Assembly: GCA_963813815.1 (NCBI GenBank) | Contig: CAWFAD010000016.1 | Coordinates: 608,632 to 672,631 of the forward strand | Length of the DNA stretch: 64,000 nt | Source of the DNA: an uncultured bacterium | GTDB lineage: Bacteria > Krumholzibacteriota > Krumholzibacteriia > Krumholzibacteriales > Krumholzibacteriaceae | Direction: 5' to 3' | In this document: positions 46,039-56,200 of the stretch, in pieces | Position numbering within the stretch: position 1 is the stretch's first letter | How the letters are laid out: every line of letters starts with the position of its first letter | Notes under the pieces: model-generated | Seen by the model: the letters and a program-made list of their open reading frames with translations, nothing else | Database searches by the model: none | What the model was told of the DNA's origin: nothing | Translations under genes and position numbers: made by a program

Positions 46039-46710
46039 CTACTTCCCGCCCCAGCGGTAGTTTACGCCCAGCGAAAACGTGAAGTGGTCCAGGCGCGGCG
46101 TTGCGACTTCGTATTCGGCCCAGAAATATTGATCCATCAGGGCGTTCGCCTTCTCATCGACCTTCGCCATGCCTCCGAAGGGAATCCTCCATCCCACTGA
46201 AACCTCGAGCGAGCCCGGTTCATCGCGTAACGGAAAGATCTCGGCGCCGACCAGCAGGGCCAGGCCGGGCAAGGGCTCGTACTCGACTGCGTCCTGGATC
46301 TCGCCCTCCTCGAGGGGCTCGAACACTATCACCGCCGATGCGTTGCTTTTCAGCAACACCGACAGCTTCGGACGGACGTAGCATTTCGGGTCAAGGAACA
46401 GCACGGAAATGCCAGCCGCATACGTGGGCTTCCAAACCCAGGGCTCCGTACCGATCGCCGCCTCAGCGATAAAGTAGTCCGTTCCAACGAAGCCCTTGAA
46501 TCCCATCGTTGCATACTGCGATCCGAATCCTCCTCCAAGCCCGAACACCATCCCGTCGCCATCCGGCATCCAGCTAGACGTGGTGGCTCCGATAACGTTG
46601 GACGGATAGCCCGCGGTCGCCAAAAATGCGAGCGCACATACCGCGATCCCGCAGACGAGACGGGATGCGGCCGGGCGCCGTATCGCACACTTCAAGGCAT
46701 CTAATGCCAT
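46039..46710 (-). CDS. Hypothetical outer-membrane beta-barrel protein
   Basis: GGAGG RBS, signal peptide, terminal strand FSLGVNYRW. Confidence 0.6.
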   Translation of the reverse strand: MALDALKCAIRRPAASRLVCGIAVCALAFLATAGYPSNVIGATTSSWMPDGDGMVFGLGGGFGSQYATMGFKGFVGTDYFIAEAAIGTEPWVWKPTYAAGISVLFLDPKCYVRPKLSVLLKSNASAVIVFEPLEEGEIQDAVEYEPLPGLALLVGAEIFPLRDEPGSLEVSVGWRIPFGGMAKVDEKANALMDQYFWAEYEVATPRLDHFTFSLGVNYRWGGK

Positions 46711-46792
46711 GGATCGATCCTCCCCCCTCAAGAGTCGGTTTGCAAACCGGAAATCAATGAGGTGATCCCCGCATATGAATCATGGATATTCA

Positions 46793-47785
46793 CTATAGCC
46801 GCCATATGATAAATACGGCGGGCGCAGGCATTACGGGCAAACCCCAGTCGAGTCCAGCGACCCGAAAATAGACCAACAGTTCTGCGCCAAGCCGCATATC
46901 TCCTCTGCCAAACTGAATGCGATAGCCGCCTCCAGCGAAATAGCCCTGTCCATCCCAATTCAACACGACCGCACCGGCAGCGCTGGGACCGTGCTGAAAT
47001 CCCTTTTTCTCGCGCATGCGATAGCCTTCCAATACAAGGGAAAACGGAGGATCAGGGACAGGAATGAACCCCGCTCTGGCTTCGAGATGCCAAACATCAT
47101 GGAACCGTATTCCCAACCCCGCCGATAACAGATCGGGCGCTCCCAGTCCCGCCCGTACGTGCATGCGGTCAACCCCGGAGGCCGAATTTTCAGCCATGGA
47201 GGACCAGCGATGGCGGAGAGCAACAGAAGTATAGACCCAAGGAGATGCCTCTTCCCCTGAATCGAGCGCGACGTCGCTACCGAGTTGAAAGCACAGGAAA
47301 CTGCCTTTGAAATGTTTCTTGAATGCGCGTCCGTATTCTATCCCGAGCCCGATATACTTATCTTTGTCATCCTCCGTAGAAAACATGCCCCCGCTGCCGT
47401 AGACGGACACATATGACGACTCTCGATCGATCAACTGAACGCTGATTTCACCTCCAACCTGGTTTATCCAGTAGATGGACTTGAATACTCCCCGCAGGCC
47501 GATGCCAGGCGCCACAATACCCGCATCGACAAAGATCAATGGCAAAAAGCCTTCGGAATCTCCAAATCCAACGCCCGTTTCGATTCCAATGCCAGCCACA
47601 AAAGAGCTTCTTTCAGTGCTTTCTTTTGAGGGTGTTTTCGCGCCGGGACGCTCATCGGCCAGATGGAAGCCAATCGCTTGGACAGGAAAGTCTGCCGAGA
47701 GATCTGCCGGCGAATTGAATGCGGCGGCACTCGTGGAAGAGCCCCCGAGCACGATCACCGCGAACATAACTCTAACTAACCTCAT
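46793..47785 (-). CDS. Hypothetical outer-membrane protein, possibly two small barrels in tandem
   Basis: Signal peptide (AAA-F); two strand-rich halves ending VALRHRW and FIIWRL; low GC. Confidence 0.55.
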   Translation of the reverse strand: MRLVRVMFAVIVLGGSSTSAAAFNSPADLSADFPVQAIGFHLADERPGAKTPSKESTERSSFVAGIGIETGVGFGDSEGFLPLIFVDAGIVAPGIGLRGVFKSIYWINQVGGEISVQLIDRESSYVSVYGSGGMFSTEDDKDKYIGLGIEYGRAFKKHFKGSFLCFQLGSDVALDSGEEASPWVYTSVALRHRWSSMAENSASGVDRMHVRAGLGAPDLLSAGLGIRFHDVWHLEARAGFIPVPDPPFSLVLEGYRMREKKGFQHGPSAAGAVVLNWDGQGYFAGGGYRIQFGRGDMRLGAELLVYFRVAGLDWGLPVMPAPAVFIIWRL

Positions 47786-48225
47786 GTGCGGCTTCCCTCT
47801 CTCTGCTTTATGCGCGCTATGGGCTGGCGTTTCATTGAGTTTTCTGCTGCAGTTGACGCGTTCTTCCCTGGATACCGCCATGAGACCTAGACCACATGTT
47901 CTTAGGGTAGACCGCCGCTTTCGGATTATTATGGGAGATTCGATCCTATGTCAATATCAAGGTGTGTCCAACGTGCACCGCATCGTTCGGCCGGCCGGGA
48001 CGAGACCACTCACCGAATCGGCGGTCAGTCACGCCTATTTAGTTCTTTCACCCCCCCGAATTCTCATGTAACATTGGCCGGTGCAACAAATCGCAGCGGG
48101 GGGAGCTGCGCCCCATGAGGAATCCGGTATTTTCTCAAACCATTGGAGCTTCGGATTGTAGTTAAGGGGACGCGTCTATGCGGCTGCTGTCCTTGGCTTT
48201 CGGCTTTGACCCGGAGGAGCACACT

Positions 48226-48982
48226 ATGAGCCCTGCGCGGGTGAGAGCGGCATGCGGCGTGAGAGCGATCGGAATATCGCTCATCGTCTCATTTCTATCG
48301 ATGACCGTTTTCTCTCCACTCCTGATGGCGCAATCCGGCGAAGAGCAGATATACGAGCGCTTTGAGGCGGCGAGCTCGCTGCGCTCTCAGGGCAAATACG
48401 GCGAGGCGGTGGAGATACTGCGCGGCATCATCGAGGAGTTCGCAAAATCGGATGAGATCCTGCGGCGCGCGTACAGCGATCTCGTTTTCACGCTTCTTTC
48501 GATGCAGGATGAGGTCGGCGCCGAGCGAGAGCGCAAGGCAAGCGCTTTCCAGCTATCCGGACCTCACGGCGGATCCCGTCTATTTTCCCCCTCGCGTAAA
48601 CGAGCTCTACGACAATTTGAGGAATCAGATGTACGGTGCGCTCAATGTGACCACGAAGCCCGAATCGTGCCGCGTGTTTCTCGGCGAGGCATTCATGGGA
48701 ACGGCTCCGCTGAGCGTCAAATTTGTGCGAGTAGGCGATTATACGCTCAACCTCAGCAAATCCGGTTACAAGGACGAGTCGTCTCCCGTTCGCATCGAGC
48801 CGGGCAGCCCGACGAGCGTGCAACTGGCGCTGCAAAAGCAGCGGGGGAAGAAGTGGTGGCTCTTCCGCGCCGGGCCGGGTGTGGCTCTCGCGGGCGTACT
48901 GGCATATTTGGGATTGCGCGGTGAAGAGGGCACCCCGGAACCGGAGCCGTTGCCGGGACCGCCGGCACCCCCGACGCAATAA
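48226..48982 (+). CDS. Exported TPR + PEGA protein with C-terminal hydrophobic segment and Pro-rich tail (one frameshift near 48525)
   Basis: GGAGGAG RBS, signal peptide, TPR (QGKYGEAVEIL); shifted frame: FPP, GALNVTTKPESCRVFLG...GTAPL...KSGY (PEGA), KKWWLF-hydrophobic-LPGPPAPP. Confidence 0.75.
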
Positions 48983-49070
48983 CGAGGGTGCGGCACAGCC
49001 CGGGAGCCGGGGTCATCGCACGTGTCGTTCGGAAGTTGGATTCGCATAGATCACATTTTTGGGGAACGCA

Positions 49071-51267
49071 ATGAGCTCGACGGACAACAGCGTCTTCCGC
49101 CCGATCCCCAATCCATACATCGTCGGCAATCCGATAAAAGACCCGAAGATGTTCTTCGGGCGCGAGGACGATTTTCTCTACGTGCAAAAGAAGTTTTCCG
49201 GGGGCAAAGAGGGGGGGATGATCGTTCTCTGCGGTGCGAGGCGAAGCGGCAAAACCTCGGTCCTCTTTCAGATTCTCAACGGCCGCCTCGGCGATGATTT
49301 TCTGCCGGTGCTCGTCGACATGCAATCGATGGCGATTCGGGACGATCGGGATCTGCTCGGGAAGCTCGCGCACGAAGTGATCGGTGCGGTCAATCATCCC
49401 GATATCACGATCGAAGGATTTCTGGAGGAGGCCGAGGATAACCCCTTCACCGCCTTCGAAAATCTCGTGCGCAGGATAAACGCCGCCGTGGGGGAGAAGA
49501 AACTCGTCTTCATGTTCGACGAATACGAGCTCTTCGAAACGAACATCGACTCCGGAATCATCAGCCCCAGCATCCTCAATCTCCTCGGAAATCTCATAGA
49601 GCACAAGAGGGTCTTCATCGTTTTTACCGGTTCCGACAATCTCGAGGCGAGAGACAAGCCCTACTGGGATATCTTCTTGAGCAAGGCGCTCCACCGGCGC
49701 ATCAGCTTCCTCAGCAGAGGAGATACGCTTCGTCTGATGCATCGGCCGGTGGAGGAATACGTTCGATACGGCGAGCCGGTGCCGGAGGCGATATACGCGA
49801 TGACCGCCGGGCAGCCGTTCTACACGCAGGTCCTCTGTCAGAGCATCGTCGATCACCTCAACGAATACCGCCGAAACGACGTGCGTCCCGATGACGTGAG
49901 GCAAGTCGTCGGCGAGATCATCGAGAATCCGCTTCCCCAGATGATTTTCAGTTGGAACGCTCATACGCATCTCGAGAAGCTCGCGCTGTCCATCATCGCC
50001 GAGCTGAGCAGGGAAGAGCCGAAACCGGTCACGCCAGGCGACATCGTCGACTTCGCGGAGCGCGAGAACATCGGGTATCGCCTCGACGTGAACGAGCTGA
50101 ATAAAACGTTCGAGAACCTCTTTCACGGCGACGTGCTCGACAAGGAAGCGGACGCGGATGCATACCGATTCAAGATGGATCTGTGGCGGCTGTGGGTGAG
50201 CCGGATGCATTCGGTATGGCAAACGATCGACGAAATGGAGCACAGCGAGGAGGGGCCGGAGGCGAAGGGCATCTATTCGACGGCGATCGCGAGGCGGAGA
50301 AAGCGGAGGATCATCGCGATCTCGGCCGCCGCCGCCGTCATCTTGTTCGGCCGCCATGTATGCGTTCTACGTGCGCTTCGGAACGGGAAGGCACGGCGGA
50401 TGCGGTCGATACGTCGATTCTCACCGTCAGCACGAATCCGGCGGCGGCGAACGTATTCGTCGACGACAGATGGATCGGCGCATCACCGGTGACTGAAGCG
50501 GAGGTGCCGGCGGCGAGCAGGACGCTCAGGATCGAGCTCGCCGGATATCGAACCGTCGTCGACAGTCTCGCGCTCGAGAAGGACAAGCCCAAGGAGCTGA
50601 GCTACGATCTCGTCGAGCTCACGGGCGATCTCAGTATCGCCTCGGAGCCTCCCGGCGCCTCGATCACCGTTGACGGCAATGAAACCGGCGCTCGTGACTC
50701 CCGCCGTCGTAAGCGGTCTCTCGGCGAATGCGCTCCATCGGATCGAGCTCCGACCTCGCCGGATACCAGACGGGCGTTCGGGACGGCATTCGCATTCAGA
50801 GAGACTCGATCGTGACGCTCAGTCATTCGTTCAGCAAGATGTCGGGCTCGCTCAGCATCAGTTCCCAGCCCGCCGAGGCCGAGGCATATCTCGACGGGAC
50901 GCCTCATCGGCACGACGCCGTGCATCGCGAGAGGGCCTTGCCTACGGACGCCACGAGCTGAGGGTGGTCAAGGCCGGCTATCGCACGTACGGGCCCAGGG
51001 CATCGACATTTCGAAAGCCGAAGGACAAGATCGACGTGGCTCTGAGCATTCTCCCTCCCGGGAAGATCATATTCAGCATCGAACCCTACGCCTCGGTAGC
51101 CATCAACGGGCGCGTCGTAAGGATGGACGTGACATATTACGAGGCCGAGCTGCCACCGGGGACGGTATACCGTCCTTCTTCAGCATCCGAAGTTCGCGCC
51201 CTATAGCGAAGAGGTCGAGGTGAAATCGAACGAATCGGTGACCATACGGCACAGATTCTCGAATTGA
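49071..51267 (+). CDS. STAND-class P-loop ATPase + TM helix + about four PEGA domains (3' part multiply frameshifted)
   Basis: NPYIVGNP, FFGRE, Walker A GARRSGKTS, Walker B VFMFDEYE, TAGQP; RRRKRR-TM; PEGA pieces in three frames 50400-51267 ending VTIRHRFSN*. Confidence 0.8.
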
Positions 51268-51279
51268 GAGGAAACGACG

Positions 51280-53217
51280 ATGATCGGCACGGTGATCGAG
51301 GGGAAGTACCGCATCGATAAGAAGCTCGGGCAGGGCGGATTCGGCGAGGTGTTTCGAGGGGTCGATCTCAATCTCAAACGGGACATCGCCATCAAGGTTT
51401 TGACCGATGCGGGACACGAGGAGGCATTCAAGAAGCGATTTCTCCGGGAAGCGGAGTTCATGGCGAAGCTCATGCATCCCAATATCGTGGCCGTGTTCGA
51501 TTTCGGCGAGATCGAGAGTCGCCCGTACCTCGTGCTCGAATTCGTCAACGGACCGTCTCTCATGGACATGACCGAGAAGGCCGGTATTCCGCTGGCGAAA
51601 GTATATGACTTCGCGCTGCAGACATGCCGGGGCATGGCCTACGCGCATGGGCAGGGCGTCATTCATCGCGACCTCACGCTCAACAACATCATGATCAACG
51701 ACCGCGAGGAAGCGAAGATCCTCGATTTCGGGCTCGCGAAGCTCATGACGCCCGATGCGCGTACGACGGTACAGTTCGCCGGCACGCCGTACTATATCGC
51801 GCCGGAGCAGATTCAAGGTGATGAGATAGATCATCGCGTCGATATCTTCGCGTTCGGCGTTGGACTGTTTCGCCTCGTGAACGGGCATTTCCCTTTCGAT
51901 GCCGAGCATCCCGCGGCGGTGTACTACGAAATCGTCCACGAAACGGACATCGAGTTCGTTCTGGGTCTGCCGGAGGAGCTCAAAGAGATTCTGGCGAAGT
52001 GCCTCGAGAAAAATCCATCCAATCGATATCAGGATTTCGGGTCGCTCGCCGAAGAGATCAAGAAACTGGCGCCCTCCACTGCCGGTTCGGCGGCCGAGAT
52101 GCCCGCGGCTCCGGCCGCCTACGTTCGCAGCAGCAGGCGAAACCCCTATCTCAACCGGGTGATGATACAGAATCCGGAGGATTTCTTCGGACGCAAGAAG
52201 GAAGTAACGAGGATTTACTCGCGCCTCGATGCGCCACACCCGCAGTCGATTGCGGTCGTCGGCGAGCGCCGGATGGGAAAATCCTCGCTCCTGAACTACA
52301 TCTACCATCGCAAGAATCGAAAACAGTTCATGCAGAATTATCACAATGCGATATTCGCTTATATGGATTTCCAACGGAGCCCCGACATAACGGTGCCGAA
52401 GTTCATCGATATCCTCTTCAGCATGTTCGAGTTCGAGCAGAAAAGGGAACTGCCCGCCGTTCATGGTGAGAAGAATCTCGATCATTTGCGGGATGCGATC
52501 GAAGCGCTGAGTGGGAAGGACAAGCGGGTCATCGTTCTTATGGACGAGTTCGAGATGATAACGAACAACGAGAAATTTGATATGCAGTTTTTCTCGTTTC
52601 TCCGTTTTCTCGCCAATAATTTCAAGGTGGCATACATCACCTCCTCGGCAAGGGATCTCCAGCAGCTCTGCCACACGAAGGACATCGCGGATTCGCCGTT
52701 CTTTAATATCTTTTCGAACCTGCCGCTTCGCCCCTTCGGCCACGACGAGGCATTCGAACTGATCAGCGTGCCCTCGCAACGCGAGGGGATCATGCTCGCG
52801 CCCTACGCCTCGCAGATAATCGATCTATCGGGATATTTCCCGCTCTACCTCCAGATCGCCTGCTCGAACGTTTTCGAGTGGCTGCTCGAGAATAAGGGGA
52901 TGGAGCCGGAGTGGGCGGAGATAGCGAAATCGTACAAGGAGGAGGTCCATCCGCACTACAACTTCGTGTGGGAGCGGATGGATGAGGCATCGAAGGACGT
53001 CATCTCTCGCGTGGCCAAGGGCAACAACCTCGGCAACAAGGACAGGCATGTCGCGGAGGAGCTTACGAGGCGGGGCTATTTGAGGGACGAGCAGGGGAAA
53101 TTCAACGTGTGCTCGTCGACATTCGGGGATTTTGTTCTCGAGCCATCACAGAAAGGCGCAGGAAAGAAATCTTTGTTCGCGTTTCCGTGGGGAAAGAGCG
53201 CCAAGAAGTTCAATTGA
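51280..53217 (+). CDS. Hanks-type Ser/Thr kinase fused to a C-terminal STAND-class ATPase
   Basis: LGQGGFGEV, AIK, HRDLTLNN, DFG, GTPYYIAPE; NPYLNR, FFGR, GERRMGKSS, VLMDEFE, SGYFP; no TM. Confidence 0.9.
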   Translation: MIGTVIEGKYRIDKKLGQGGFGEVFRGVDLNLKRDIAIKVLTDAGHEEAFKKRFLREAEFMAKLMHPNIVAVFDFGEIESRPYLVLEFVNGPSLMDMTEKAGIPLAKVYDFALQTCRGMAYAHGQGVIHRDLTLNNIMINDREEAKILDFGLAKLMTPDARTTVQFAGTPYYIAPEQIQGDEIDHRVDIFAFGVGLFRLVNGHFPFDAEHPAAVYYEIVHETDIEFVLGLPEELKEILAKCLEKNPSNRYQDFGSLAEEIKKLAPSTAGSAAEMPAAPAAYVRSSRRNPYLNRVMIQNPEDFFGRKKEVTRIYSRLDAPHPQSIAVVGERRMGKSSLLNYIYHRKNRKQFMQNYHNAIFAYMDFQRSPDITVPKFIDILFSMFEFEQKRELPAVHGEKNLDHLRDAIEALSGKDKRVIVLMDEFEMITNNEKFDMQFFSFLRFLANNFKVAYITSSARDLQQLCHTKDIADSPFFNIFSNLPLRPFGHDEAFELISVPSQREGIMLAPYASQIIDLSGYFPLYLQIACSNVFEWLLENKGMEPEWAEIAKSYKEEVHPHYNFVWERMDEASKDVISRVAKGNNLGNKDRHVAEELTRRGYLRDEQGKFNVCSSTFGDFVLEPSQKGAGKKSLFAFPWGKSAKKFN

Positions 53218-53227
53218 ATGGAGGATC

Positions 53228-56200
53228 ATGAGTATGAAGGTGGCCAGCAGAACGCTTGGATTTGGAGGAGCGGCAACTAACTGCGCGCTGCTATCACTGT
53301 TCATAGCTCAAATAATTTCATCTCGGGCAAAGGCTGATATTTTCTCGGCGGAACCTGTTTGGAGATCTGCGGTGGAGCAGAATACTTGTAGCATCGCCTT
53401 GGGTGATGTTGATGGCGATGGAGATTTGGACCTCGTATGTGGTGACCTCGGAGAAGGCAGCACGCTATTTATGAATGAGGGTGGAGTGTTTTCGACAACC
53501 CCAATTTGGACAAGCCCGGATCAGAAAACCTGGAGTGTTGCTTTGGGCGATATCGATCGTGATGGAGATTTGGACCTCGTATGCGGCAATTATGATCAAG
53601 GCAATACGCTCTTCTTGAATGAGGGAGGGATATTCTCGACAACGCCAGCCTGGATAGGGCCGGATCTGAACACGCGGGTAACGGTTGCTCTAGGAGATAT
53701 GAATGGTGATGGATATTTGGATCTCGTGTGCGCGCAGCGCGAACAGGGCAGTGCGCTTTATCTTAATGAGGGAGGAGCGTTTTCAAGAACAGCGGTTTGG
53801 ACAAGTCCGGATCAGAATACCTGGAGCGTTGCTTTGGGGGATGTAGATTGTGATGGGGATCTAGACCTCGTGTGCGGTAATGACGCGGGGGGTAGCACGC
53901 TTTTCTTGAATGAAGGTGGAGTTATTTCGACGATTCCGGCTTGGACGGGTCCCGCGTCGGTGTCGGGTGGACAGAGCGTCGTACTGGGGGATATAAATGG
54001 GGATGGTTATCTGGATCTCGTTTGGTGCGCCGATGAGGCCAGTATGCTTTTTTATAACGAAGGGGGGATTTTTTCTGCGACTCCGACGTGGACGAGCCCT
54101 TATCAAAGCGCACATAGCGCCGTTTTGGGAGATGTAGATGGCGATGGTGACCTGGACTTTGTGTCAGGCAGTGCGGCGTCCACTGCTACCGTGCTATTTT
54201 TGAATGAGGGAGGAATCTTCTCGACTACCCCGGCATGGTCGAATCCTTATCCAGGCATAGACAGTGTCGCTTTAGGGGATATGGATGGCGATGGGGATCT
54301 GGACCTTGCTTGTGGCCGCTACTACCAGAGCAGCACGCTCTTCTTGAACGAGACTGAAGCCTTTTCGACGACTCCGGTTTGGGCAAGCCCTGATCAGAAC
54401 ACGCATGATGTCGTTCTCGGAGACGTGGACGGAGACGGGGATTTGGATCTCGTGTGTGGTACTTACGGGCCGGGCAGCACGCTTTTCTTGAATCAGGGAG
54501 GGGTCTTGTCGACGACTCCGAGCTGGACCAGTCCGGAACAGAGCACGCACAGTGTTGCTTTGGGGGATGTGGATGGTGATGGCGATCTGGACCTCGTGTG
54601 TGGCAACGGTGAACTCGAGAACAGTGCGCTTTTCTGGAATGAGGGGGGAGTCTTTTCAACTACTCCTGTTTGGTCGAGTCCTGACCAAAACGCATATTGG
54701 TGTAGTGTTGCTTTGGGAGATGTGGATGGTGACGGGGATCTGGATCTCGTGTGCGGCAACTACGGGTATGGAACGGCTAGCAGGCTCTTTTTGAATGAGG
54801 ACGGGATTCTTTCGGGGACTCCCGCTTGGTCGAGTCCGTGGCAGTATACGTCCAGTGTTGCTTTAGGAGACGTGGATGCGGATGGGGATTTGGACCTTGT
54901 GTGCGGTAACTACAATGCCGAAAGTGCACTCTTCTTTAATGAAGGAGGAATCTTCTCGGCGACTCCGGCTTGGATGAGTCCGGTGCAGTCGACTCGCAGC
55001 ATCGCCTTGGGGGATGTGGATGGGGACGGTGATCTTGATCTCGTGTGCGGAAACAGCGGGGCCAGCATGCTTTTTCTAAACGAGGGAGACGTCTTTTCAC
55101 AGGCTCCAGCATGGCAGAGCCCCTTGCAGTCGACGCATGATGTAGATTTGGGGGATGTGGATGGGGACGGCGATTTGGATCTTGTGTGCGGTAACTTCGA
55201 TGCTGGAAGCACGATATTTATAAATGATGGTGGAGTGTTTTCGATAACCCCAATTTGGACAAGCCCGGATCAGATGACCCGGAGTATTGCTTTGAGTGAT
55301 ATCGATCGTGATGGTGATTTGGACCTCGTGTGCGGCAACGAGGGGAACGAATCACTACTCTTCAATGGAAAAGGCAATCCGGTTTTTTCCGGAAATCCTT
55401 TGGCTCCCACAAATCAACTCCCGAACAATAGCGCTTTTCTGCGGGATGTCAGCGTAACGGAATTGGAAAAGAATGTTTATCGCGTTTCGGCCAAACTCTT
55501 TGATGTTGAGTCTGACCCGGGGTGGATCGTTCCCGAATATCAATTCGAGGGAGCAGCAGTCTGGCATCGGGCTGACATTCTCGAATACTCGAGTAATATT
55601 GGTCCATTGATCGCGTCTCCCTATGGTATGGAACAAGAGTTCAATTGGAATGTGTCAAAGGTGCCATTTGATAAGCGCGGAATTATTCTGCGCTTGCGCA
55701 CGATTTCTATCCCCGCCCGTGGCGGCAGTATTCAGCATGTAGCATCCTATCGCAAGAATGTTGGCCATGTTGACGTGCGCAGACCCGAGATTGCCTCGTC
55801 TGTTTCCCTGCTTCTATTTCCGACCGTGACCGTCGGTGATACGCTTGCTTTGGATTTGCTTCTCTCAAACTGCGGGAACGAGCCATTAGTAATTACGGGG
55901 TTCGATCTTCCATCCAGTGAAATATGTGCTGATGTTATTCTGCCGATTATCTTGGGGCCGGAGCAGAAAATTACTGTGCCCGTGTTTCTTGAACCTCGGC
56001 AGGAAACGAGCATCGAAGGCAGCTTGACGATCGAAAGCAATGATCCGCTTACCCCGAGCAAGACCATTCAAATTGGGACCGATATTCGTGCCTTGCAGGT
56101 AAACAGCAAACTTCTTACGACTGCGCCGGAGCTCCCCTTGGGAGAAGCGGTAACCGTTGTCGTAACTCCGCTGCCGCAGGTGCGGGTCGAGAATGGTTGG

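Noticed and set aside
44520..47900. Possible integron cassette array (co-oriented low-GC orphan genes)
   Set aside because: No RYYYAAC...GTTRRRY attC sites recognised in the gaps and no integrase
47880..48225. Possible riboswitch or ncRNA in the long divergent intergenic region (CGCAGC/GCTGCG hairpin)
   Set aside because: No match to any riboswitch consensus I can recognise; an Rfam/Infernal search would be needed
50340..51200. Programmed ribosomal frameshifting or phase variation
   Set aside because: Shifts are numerous, not at slippery heptamers or long simple repeats; error or decay is more parsimonious
49071..53217. Assignment to a named anti-phage system (Avs, NACHT, Stk2)
   Set aside because: No TPR/WD40 cytoplasmic sensor or nuclease/TIR/SIR2 effector; architecture does not match named systems, although a defence role is not excluded
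53400..55345. Possible CRISPR array or diversity-generating retroelement template/variable repeat pair
   Set aside because: Repeats are in-frame protein repeats with synonymous divergence; no cas or reverse transcriptase gene; differences are not adenine-specific
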